64,000 nucleotides of DNA from Octopus sinensis (Eukaryota), in NCBI RefSeq assembly GCF_006345805.1, contig NC_042997.1, positions 132,246,001-132,310,000 on the forward strand. Reading direction: 5' to 3'. Made by a program: the position numbers and the translations under genes. Below are positions 53,131 through 64,000 of this stretch, piece after piece. The notes under the pieces are model-generated. The model was not told the DNA's origin. It was given only the letters and a program-made list of their open reading frames with translations, and searched no databases. The stretch's first letter is position 1. The number at the start of each line of letters is the position of its first letter.

Positions 53131-53419
53131 TGACACTCTGTTTTTTTCCGTCGAGTTCTTATACGCCTCAGTACTAAGTTTGACGCTCGGGAAGAATGGA
53201 AAAGTCTTTGTTGTTTCGAGCCTATGTTCTTCGACAGAAAGGACTGAGGGGGGAAACATAGAGAGTGAGAGAGAGAGAGGGAGAGAGGAAGAAAAATGGA
53301 GAGTGATCAAAATTGTAAGGAATAAGAGTTCATATATATATATATATATATACTTATACTTATTTTATCTGTCCATCTATCACATATGTCCATCTATCAA
53401 TCTTTCACTCTCTCATATA

Positions 53420-53420
53420 C

Positions 53421-53464
<44 letters not shown>

Positions 53465-53615
53465 TATATATACATACATACATACATGCATACACACACA
53501 AACACACACACACACACATACATATATATACATGTATACATACATACATACATACACACACACATATACATATACATATATATACATGTATACATGCATA
53601 CTTACATACATACAT

Positions 53616-53668
<53 letters not shown>

Positions 53669-53748
53669 CACGCATGCATACATGTATATGCGTGTATAAC
53701 TTACATTTTATATATGTATGCATACATGTGTGCGTATAACTTACACAA

Positions 53749-53770
<22 letters not shown>
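53420..53770. repeat. Compound (TA)/(CA)/(CATA) microsatellite
   Basis: Direct tandem repeats. Confidence 0.9.
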
Positions 53771-53779
<9 letters not shown>

Positions 53780-54269
53780 TCAACAGGAGATGGATGAGAG
53801 AAATTAATAAAGAGATAAAGAAACGAGAAATCGTAATTTGCAATATAATGCTTTTAGTTTTTATTTGCGCACAACATCCAGGTTTTAAACTGTCAAAAAA
53901 ATCAATCCATTATTTACCATAACTTGTTTATCTCAAATAATGCATTATTATGATATATTATTATGATATAATTTTACTTTTAAGCGTCTCATAAATGTCT
54001 TTAAGATCAAAGTTAAGAGAAAAATCTGCTCTGAAAAGAAAGAATATTTCTATGGGATAGATTATATTGTGGGAGACTATGGCGTTCATTTTGCGGGATT
54101 GTTACAATTGTTTACGGTAAAAAAGTATTGAATACGGTCTAATTGAACAAATGTTAATCCACTACAAAGCAGATGCGATGGATTATTTATTGATGTTCAA
54201 AGTGAAACATGAAAGCAAAGAGAAATATGGAAGCAACGTTATCCTATAATGGATCACATATAATACGTA

Positions 54270-54311
54270 TACATGTATATGTATGTGCTTATGAGTGTAT
54301 GTATATATGTA

Positions 54312-54370
<59 letters not shown>

Positions 54371-54373
54371 ATA

Positions 54374-54428
<55 letters not shown>

Positions 54429-54438
54429 CATATATATA

Positions 54439-54473
<35 letters not shown>

Positions 54474-54506
54474 CGTAAATACGTACACATGTATGTATAT
54501 ACGAAC

Positions 54507-54542
<36 letters not shown>

Positions 54543-54600
54543 ATATATATATATATATATATAATATTAATATATATACATATACATGTATGTATATACA
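54270..54600. repeat. Long interrupted (TA)n microsatellite
   Basis: Direct tandem repeats. Confidence 0.95.
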
Positions 54601-55122
54601 TAGGGCAATCTGCAACGACATGCTGCTATATGAATCAAATGAAAGCATGAAGCATGGATGATTTATTAACATTTTTTCTGTTTACATTAATTCAATTGTG
54701 TTTGCATTGTGCCTGGTTAAATTAAATACTACATTCTGGGATTTTAAGCAGGTTTTTGTATTCGTCTTTGAGTTGCAGGGAAGCCGGAGAGCATGATCCA
54801 TTGCAGAACCTTAGACACTGGTGGGACTGAGGAAAAATGGCATCCATCTCAAACCGCAGTGAATGAACGGTGAGTGAACTGTGCCATAGTTTAAATATAA
54901 CTCAACGCGAAATCCACGTTCGCACGCACACATAGACACACATACACACACACATAATTTGACACATTTATGCGTGTGTTTATATAAGATATGCACACAC
55001 ATACTAAATCACCCACGACCAGTGGTCAATTATCTATATACAGAGCCAAGAATTCACTGACGGCGATACGACACTGATATACTAAACGATATGTTTGATA
55101 TATATATATATCTGTTAATATC

Positions 55123-55388
55123 ATATGTGACAATTATTCGGTAGCCATCATAAAACTCCGAGTTTCGGGTGTCGGGGCGGAAACCCACGGCCACCATCTC
55201 TTCTTTTACCGGGCCATCGAAAAGAATGCTATGAATGCTATGAAAATGCTATGAAAATGACCGTCAAACGGTCATTTTCATAGCATTTTTTTCGATGGCC
55301 CGATAACTGAAGAGATGGCGGCGTGAGTTTCCGCCCCGCCATCCGAAACTCGGAGTTTTATCATGGCTATCTAATAATTGTCACATAT
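55123..55388. repeat. Head-to-head palindrome of the HHR-bearing repeat family
   Basis: Arms mirror around the caa loop (55265-55267); the right arm continues to about 55475 and matches 18040-18240. Confidence 0.9.
55294..55371 (+). ncRNA. Type I hammerhead ribozyme
   Basis: gatggcc c gataa-CTGAAGA-gatggcgg[14 nt]ccgccatc c-GAAA-ctc g gag-TT-ttatc at ggctatc; 8-bp stem II and extended stem I. Confidence 0.8.
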
Positions 55389-56576
55389 TGTATTTACAGA
55401 TTAATTCCTCTATTTACATAATATCAAGGTCTCTTTCATTCTTTTGTTGTCTTACCATTTCTATCAATATATATATCTTGATAGACACTTGTAGATCTCA
55501 GGGAAATTCAGCGTGACACAGAATGTGACAAGGCTGGCTCTTTGAATACAGGTACTACTCATTTTCGCCAGCTGAATGGACTGGAGGTACGTGAAATAAA
55601 GTGTCTTGCTCAAGGACACAGCGCTTTGCCGGGAATTGAACTCACGACCTTACAATCGTGAGCCGAATTAAACTAACCACTAAGCCTTCACACACACACA
55701 TATATATGTAAAATATATATATGCTATATATATATATATATTTCTATTCCATTCCCTTTTTCGTCTTTTTTCCCTCACTTAACTTGTCTCTTCCTCTCTC
55801 TCTCATTCTTCATTCTCTCTCTCCCCCTCACCATTCTTCATGGTCTCCTCGCACCATTCCCCTTCTTCTCTCCCTTCCTCTTGCTCCTCCTCCCCCATTC
55901 CCGTCGTCCATCTGCGACGATACTTCCGTCGTAACTGCTATCCTGTCTTTTCTCGCCCGCCTTTTAAGGCTACTGGTCGACATTCCTGCTCTCTCGTCGT
56001 CCACTATAATCCAGCGTTTGCAATACTCTTTTCGTCTGGCGTAAACAGCCCTTCTTATCTTGTTCCCCTTGTCCTGTCTCTTACTGTTATATATTTATTT
56101 TTCCACTGTTTATATATATTTTTTTACTGTTTATATGTTTGTACTGTCGTTACCGTCTTGCGTTTTTCACCATTTTTTACCCCTCTGCGAAAAGATCTCA
56201 GAATTTTAATTGATTTGCTTTTCGCAGGAAGGAAGTTTCTTCGAAGATACGTCTCGCTTTTATTCTTCGAAACGTAGAGTAGATGAAACCTTAGCGACTG
56301 AAGAAGGGGTTTTTTCGTTGTGCTCATTGTCCTGTACTTCCTTTTTTTCTTGTCCTGTTCCTTGGTTTGTGTCTTGTTTTTCGTCTCTCTATGTGTTCGA
56401 CGTCTTTTTGGTGTACTGTACACATATATGCGTGTATATGTACATGTAGAGGTAGGTACGTACATATATGTTTATATATATGCATATGTTCTTTTATTAA
56501 CATATATATATATATACATATGTAATATATATATGTAATATATATATATATATGTAATATGTGTGTTCCTTTTCAT

Positions 56577-56622
<46 letters not shown>

Positions 56623-58555
56623 CACACTAACACACTCGCACATACACACACACATACACACACACATATATATGTATATATAATGGACATATAATAATGC
56701 ATTCTTATTAACACGAAGTCTGTCGTCGCTTGCTAAGAATACACATGTATGTAATTACAGATCTTATGAAAGCAATAGACCGGCATTTAAAATTTTTATT
56801 TTAAGCAGTTAAGTTACTTGAAGATAGATAAGGTTGTATCGGAATGTTTAATAAACGAGTATTTGAAAATGTTGTGAAACATTAAATAATGCATACATAG
56901 CATGGTTGAACGTATCATTAACAAATGAATAGCTATGGACACGAGTGTGGGTATTGAATGTGTATATAGATGTCGCGTATTTGTTTGTGAATGTTACGAA
57001 TACTTAAAAGTGCGTCGGTACTTCATTATTTATTTACAACTAAAACCATTGAGTTTGTGTTTATTTCAATTCACCATAGACATTAGACATTCTATATTTT
57101 GAGAATTGTGCAGAAGCGAAATCGTTCTTCCTCTTTTTCATTCATTCCTGTCGAGAGGAATGTCTGCTTTCATGGTTTCCCATATCTTTACAAATTGATC
57201 ACAACCTATACAGGAGACCAAGTGAGAGAGAGAGAAAGAGAGAGAAAAAGTGAGAGAGAGAGCAAGAAAGAGAGAGAAAGAGGAAGAAAACAAACAAGTA
57301 TAATGAGGAAAGAAAAATGGGAATCAGTACACTATTGTAACTTTATCTACCCCGAAAAGGTATAAGTCAAAGGTGACATTAGCTGGATTTGAACTCAGAG
57401 TACAGAGAGTAGGAACGGCTATTGCAGAATATTTCTTTTGACGCTCTAACGACCCAGGCAATTCGGCTTTTTAATTAGATTACATCGTTGCCTTATTTAC
57501 TTCTCCAAACTAAGTTACCATAAGGCACCAAAGTGCACATAGGCGTAGGCATGGCAGTAGAGTTAAAAAGGTCGCTTTATAACAATGTGTTTTCAAGTCA
57601 GTCCCACCGCGTGGCGCCTTGGGCGAGTGTCTTCTACTGTAGCTCCGGGACAACCAATGTCTTGTGATTTAACTTGGTAAGCGGGAACTGTATGGAGGCC
57701 CGTCGTATATATGTTTATATATGTGTGTGATGTTGGTTTGTTTACTTCCCTGTAACTTAGTGGTTTAGGAAAAAGAGACCATACACATAACTAAAATCTT
57801 TCAAGGCATTGCTCCAGCATGACCGCAACCCGCTGACTGTCACATATAAAAGGTAAAAGATAAAACTATACAACTTGTAAAATATTTTGGTCTGAAGGAA
57901 ACGAGTCAGCCTTCACTTAAGCAGTCCTCGTCGTAAAATCCTGTAGGGTGAAGCGCTGGTGGGAATGTGAGTATGGAAGGAATTTGAGAGACTGCTGTTT
58001 CACGCAGAGAGAATAATTAAGCAAGATAGCTCGAAATATGTAATAATTAAACTTTAGCTGAAACTGGTAGAGGAGCAGTAACTAATCACAGACGAGGAAT
58101 GTTTGGGCTTGGAAGCGAAAGACTGGTGTTTGAGATGAAGGTGTAGCAGTGATATATATATATATATAGGATGAAATTTTTTTCAGAAAAAATTTCATCA
58201 AATAGTGGCAGCATATTAAAATACCTTTAAATGTTAAAATTATAAACAACTTACAAACAAGAGCAAAAGAAAAATTATTTCCATGCCAATATGCTGATAA
58301 CAGACTTTAAGTCGTCAATTTCCACATATCATTATACACTCACTATAAATATACACGTCGTGCTGAAATCGGGAAGCTAGTCAACAGAATTTTTTTTTAA
58401 ATGTTTGTTATTTCTATATTGAATCAATTTTGGAATTAATCCCATGGACCTTTTCCTCATCAGTAGAAAATACGATAAGAAATAAATGAAATACACACAC
58501 CCATGGAAAAAAGCAGAAGCAAAAGTCATGAGTACGTATAAGTATCCCAGTGATA

Positions 58556-58600
<45 letters not shown>

Positions 58601-59159
58601 GGTGGCATGAAAACTCGTAAGTGATTTTGCGAACTGAGATGACTGAAAATTTTAGTCGTGTATTCAATAAGCAAGGTAAAACAGTTTCCTTAATGTGTAG
58701 TGATTGCCATCTTGGAAGTATTGTACAAAAACTAAGTTGTCATGTCTTATTTGGAGGATATTTTAAAACTCTATGGAAGTAGCGCAACTTTGACATAAAG
58801 TGCCTTTGTTACATGTAAGTAACGATACTTGACAAAGAACAAAGGCATGAAATAAGGAAGGAAATTAATGTTCAGTGAAAGCTGAAGCATTTAAATCTGA
58901 ACAAGTGTTTAAAGAATAGATAATACTCAAAACTGCCAAGACTGTTTTATACGTTTCTGCAAGTGACATAAAATGTTCTTAGTAGAACTGCATAAAATAT
59001 AGAGAGGCGTTACATACACTATACAGTAAAATTGTATAAAATAGAGTAGAATTGAATAATTTGTTGAACTGTTTCTGTTCAGAAACATTACAGAAATGTT
59101 ATGTGGATAGAGTTGTCGGATAAATTCGCTCGATGTTTTATATTTTTTTCATCCTTGTT

Positions 59160-59490
59160 CTGAGCGTGACACGCATGCAACAAGTTTTTGGCCCTTGCCC
59201 ATCGAGTGAAGGTGACAGAAGATGAGTATCACGCGAGTATCCCATGTACTGGGCCAATTCCTAGTGGATTTGCGCTGATCCCTGTGGAAGACGTCGTTTA
59301 ATCGATCCCCGTTGAAGTCAACAAGCCGGCTGGAACCCGAAGAGTCTGTGACATCGAATTTCCTTTCAGCAATAGCGATTTCTTCTTACATAGCACAAAT
59401 ATCCTGAGCGGCTTTGGTAGCTTCGGAACCTTTAATGAAAGCGAAGAGAAGCTGGTGGCGAAAATGATAATATTTTTTTCTACTTGGAAC
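59160..59490 (-). mobile_element. Mariner transposase N-terminal relic
   Basis: HFRHQLLFAFIKGSEATKAAQDICAM*EEIAIAER...SSRLVDFNGDRLN...HLHSMGKGQKL. Confidence 0.8.
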
Positions 59491-59854
59491 TTCAATGTTA
59501 TATCTTTTATCTTTCATTTGCTTCAGTCTTTCGACTGTAGCCATGCTGGGGCACCGCCTTGAAGGGTATAGTCGAATAAATCGACTTCAGCACTTATTTT
59601 TAGGTAATAGTACTTATTTCATCAGTCTTTTTTTCCGCAGAACCACATAGCTACAGGTACGTCTACCAAACACCGTCTACCAAATCCACTCACAAGGCTT
59701 TGTTCGACCCGGGGTTATAATGGAAGACACATGCCGAAGGTGCCTTGCTGCATTGTGGGACTGAACCCAAGACCATATGGTTGGGAACCAAGATTCCAAC
59801 CGCACATTCCTCAGTTTATGTTTGAAAAAAAAAGAAAAATTATTCAAACTTAAA

Positions 59855-60040
<186 letters not shown>

Positions 60041-61004
60041 CTGCCTGTCTGTCTCTCTAGCTGGTTAGCTAGATACATACACATATATGCAACATGTACA
60101 CATATACATACGGCAGGCTTCCACACAGTTTTCGCTTGCCAAGTTAACTCGTAAGGTATTGTTCTGCCTTTAGTAGAAGACACATGCGCAAGGTTCCACC
60201 CGTGATACTGAACTCGAAACCGCGTAGTTGCAAAACGAACTTCGTAGACACGCAACCATGCCTGTACTTTGAGAAGCTGAATTTTTTCCAAATAAAATGC
60301 AAGCTCGTTAATTTTGGCGTAAAATTCTCTCTTACAATGCATAACATCCGAGATTTCCGTTCTGAAGATCCGAAATGTAGTGTGGTATGAGTGTACAACA
60401 GCATAGTCATTTGTTTGCTATCCATAGAATAATATTTAACAAGCATTCTTCAACTTCAGTTTGTAAGCGAAGCTCACGTTGCAAACAAATGGCTTTGGGT
60501 CCAGCTCCTCTGTGCGGCACTTTGATCAAGTTTCTTCTCTTATAGCCCCGTGCTAACCAATGTCTTGTGAGTGAATTTGGCAGACTTTGATATATTTTCT
60601 GTTATTTTGTTCTATACCAGCTGTAATGCTTAAATGCATCCATCTACTCTCTGCATATCCTTGACTTTTTGCACACTCTACTCCATCTGCTAATTGTGAA
60701 CATTACAACTTTTACGTAATTCCATGCTCCCAGAAACAGCTGTCGGACTTAAAATACCATGTATTCTCCCCTTAGTTGTCTGTATATTTTGTACTCCATG
60801 TTAATTTATTTTGAAATATATAAATATCGATATGCTCATACATGAGTGTTCATCTGAATAATTTTAGTTCTTGTTTCTCTGCATATATCCCTATGTATGT
60901 ATGTATGTATGTATGTATGTATGTATGTATGTATGTATGTATGTATGTACGTATGTATGTACGTATGTACGTATGTATGGTTGTCTGTCTGTCTGTCTGT
61001 ATAC

Positions 61005-61220
61005 ACTTTTACTTGTTTCAGTCATTTGACTGCGGCCATGCTGGAACACGGCCTTTAGTCGAGCAAATCGACCCCAGAACTTATTATTTGTAAGCCTAAT
61101 ACTTATTCTATCGGTCTCTTTTGCCGAACCGCTAAGTTACGGGGACGTAAACACATCAGCATCGGTTGTCAAGCGATGTTTTTTTTTTTTGGGGGGGGGG
61201 GCAAAACAGACACACAAACA

Positions 61221-61251
<31 letters not shown>

Positions 61252-61438
61252 CACACACATATATATACATATATACGACGGGATTCTTTCAGTTTCCGTC
61301 TACCAAACCCGCTCACAAGGCTTTGGCCGACCCGAAGCTATAGTAGAAGACACTTGCCCAAGGTGCCACGCAGTGGGACTGAACCCGGAACCATGTGGTT
61401 TATAAGCAAGCTACCTACCACATAGCCACTCCTGCGCC
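61005..61438 (-). mobile_element. SINE family A
   Basis: Full-length copy. Confidence 0.9.
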
Positions 61439-62169
61439 TATGTATGTATGTATAATTTATATAATAAGCTCAATCGTGTTTATCTGTATCACTCTTTCAC
61501 TCTCACTATGTATATATGTGTGCATGTATATGTATGTATGTGACAATGTGTGCGAGATGGAGGTGTATGTGTGTATATGTGCTTGTTCTTTCACTTCTTG
61601 ATAACGGATGTGAGTTTGCTTACTTCCTCGTAACAGCGGTTTGACACAAAGAGTCCGAAGAATTACTACGTGACTTTAGAAAAAAGTACCGGGGTCGATT
61701 TGTTCTGCTAAACCCATCAAAGTAGACACCAGCATGGCTGCAGTCAAGTGACTAAAACAAGTAATGGATAAATGGTAATTAATTCCATACAAATGCTATT
61801 ATCTACATTCCACTGATATCGTTTTGTTTCTTAGCTAGATACCAGTAACTTACTTCATAGGATGAATTCCAAGACTTTATATACATACCGATGTTGACAA
61901 GTTATTTCTCTTAGAGATATATTTTCCCGTATTAATTTTTGATTATTCATTATGATTAATTATCCACTATAGTCGGTTTATTTTGAAATGAGGGGCAAAA
62001 TAATTATAATTTAATGATATCAGGCATGTTGGTTTGTATAAGTTATTTAAATCGTGTCTTTAAAAGAATAGACATAAAAAAAGATAGAGCAAAGAAATAC
62101 ACGATAAAAATTATAAGCACGCAGGTACAGGCGTGACTATTTCATAAGAAGTTTTCTTCACAATCACAT

Positions 62170-63436
62170 TCTAGGGAAGAACACCTCAACCTCTGCCAAC
62201 CTCCGGCGCGACCCCTCTCCATTATACAAGAGGAAAAACGTCGCTCCACCAGGACAGCCAAAAACACGTGTGTATCAAACAAATCCAACAATGCAACTGA
62301 ACAACCCAATTTTTTCGATGGCAAATAGTCCATCTTGAAATTGTAATTCAGTAGGATCGTTCCCCAGCGCTGCAATCTGTTGGCTGTGGGGATACTCTTT
62401 ATTGATCCATAGATCGACAATAATGGGCGGTGGTCTGTTTGCAGACGGAACCTTCTTCCATGTCTAAATTTATGGATTTTTTTTTACCGCAAATATGATG
62501 GGTTAATGCCTCTTTTTCTATTTGACCATAGCTTTGCTCAGCCGACAATAAAGAACAGGAAGCATGAGCTGCTGCTTTCAGGCTACCATCTTCATACTTG
62601 TGTAAAATCACAGCTCCAATACCACTTTCACTAGCATCTGCCGCCACAACTATTTCTAAATTCGGGTCAAAATGTGATAACGACAAATCCGACGTTAAGA
62701 CGTTTTTAAATTCTTCAAAAACTTTTTGACATTTGTCCGACAAGTTCCACTTAATGTCTTTTTTAAACCAGGGCTGCTCTTAAATTGTGCATATTCGGTA
62801 GTAATTTGAAAGCCCCAAAAATGCTTGTAACGTTGTAATGTTCGTCGCGGGAGGCATATTTTTAATTGTACTCGCCCTAGACGGGGCTGGTCTGCGTCCT
62901 TTTTCAACAATAATCTGCTCTTGGCATAAAAAATTCACAGTATTGAACAGAGAACTTCTTTCACCGAAAATTCTCGAAAACATGAAACTGTTTCAACGGA
63001 ACAAATCTCACCTGGTTTCTTCGGTAGAATATAGTTACAGTATTTTTCGTGTTCGGTAGGGAATATCTTTCTTAAAAGTAGTCGCACCTTCTTCTCGTCA
63101 TTATAATCTTTACTATCTTCTTTGAAGATGTCTTCGTATCTTCTAAAATACGAAGAAAAAGTAGTGCCTTCTTCTGGGTTATAAATAAATTCTATTGAAT
63201 TTACTACGCTGTTTGACGACAATGAACCTGAAGTATCTTCAGATTTCTTCAACATCACTTACAGTAACTGTTGGTATTATTGTTGCTGCTGTTGTAGTTA
63301 TTATTGTAACTGTTGTTGTTGCTTTTGTAGTTGCACCGCGCGAGTCTATAAATCTTCCATGTTAAATAACTATTTTGGTTTCGTACAAAAAAAAAAAATT
63401 AAACGTCCTACGCAAGCTTCAAATATGTCGTCGCCA
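62170..63436 (-). mobile_element. Internally deleted, pseudogenised Ty3/Gypsy (Mag-like) LTR retrotransposon
   Basis: gag N-terminus (FSSYFRRYEDIF...KVRLLLRK), RT end (TLQAFLGLSNYY), RNase H (VAADASESGIGAVI...YGQIEKEAL; NRLQRWGTILLNYNF), with stops and frameshifts. Confidence 0.9.
63428..63436 (-). promoter_or_regulatory. Primer-binding site TGGCGACGA
   Basis: Lies just upstream of gag; complementary to a tRNA 3' end ...UCGUCGCCA (tRNA-Ser(GCU) type, from recall). Confidence 0.7.
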
Positions 63437-63692
63437 CTTTTATACCCTGCTACACATTAGTAAATATAAATTATGCAGCGGAAGTTTAATCAATGTGTTC
63501 ACACGACGTACTTCGTGAGACTATCAAAACGCACTCTTTCTTTATTTGGCCTCACAGGTCCTCACGTAGAGGAGACGAACAAGGACAGTCAAAGTGGGGG
63601 AAAAGAAAAGAAAACGAAAGAATGAAAATTGAAATGAACGCCACTCGACCCCATGACTGGACAGTTTCATTAAATCTTTTTTTTACAATACA
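63437..63692 (-). repeat. Candidate 5' LTR of the Gypsy relic
   Basis: Immediately upstream of the PBS, contains AATAAA and a possible TG start. No 3' LTR is visible to confirm it. Confidence 0.35.
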
Positions 63693-64000
63693 TTAAATTG
63701 GTTTTTTTCTCTCTTTTTTTCCTTCTAAAACATCATCTACACAGTCAAAATACTATGCCAACAATCACAGTTCTATGTTGGATCCTATAATACGAAATTA
63801 CATGCTCTTCTTTCTTTTCTTTTTGTACACAATTGCAAAACAAGCTTTTGGACCAGCTTACTGCACTCACTCACAATATTTGAGATTGCTTCGTTTCTGC
63901 TACCACACATCCTACAAAGGGACGATTCGCTACTCTTATCTAAGTGGAATTTGGTGTAATTAGTTCCCAGAGCTTGTTCTTGAGCGCTTCATACCAATGC

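Noticed and set aside
53203-53245. Minus-strand CTGTCGA-agaac atag gctc-GAAA-caac-aaagact
   Set aside because: A6 and the cleavage triplet are mutated; counted only as a remnant.
56260-56310. GAAACGTA ... CTGAAGAAGGGG as a type II HHR
   Set aside because: The intervening sequence cannot form stem I; likely a rearranged remnant.

Overview
AT-rich eukaryotic non-coding DNA, very probably from an octopus (coleoid cephalopod). This is inferred from the repeat families and the extreme (TA)n/(CATA)n/(GATA)n/(CA)n microsatellite load. I found no confidently supportable host-gene exon, rRNA, tRNA or CRISPR array. Most ORF-track entries are microsatellite translations or antisense shadows of decayed transposons. 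The window is a transposon graveyard: four tRNA-derived SINE families (called A, B, C and E here), pogo/Tigger and mariner transposase relics, two Helitrons, a Merlin-like MITE, 3' ends of RTE, CR1/L2-group and restriction-like-endonuclease (RLE) LINEs, and a doubly deleted Gypsy element at the right end. The main unexplained signal is a set of type I hammerhead ribozyme (HHR) motifs from about six unrelated sequence families. They sit in 200-450 bp non-coding inserts within or next to microsatellites, nearly all have palindromic stem III, and several have fold-back ends. The best case (21070-21503) is a 347-bp terminally redundant monomer with a fully canonical HHR and a hairpin-primed inverted end, which is the architecture of retrozymes or Penelope-like pseudo-LTRs. 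All folds were done by eye and no database searches were run. Coordinates of decayed repeats are approximate.
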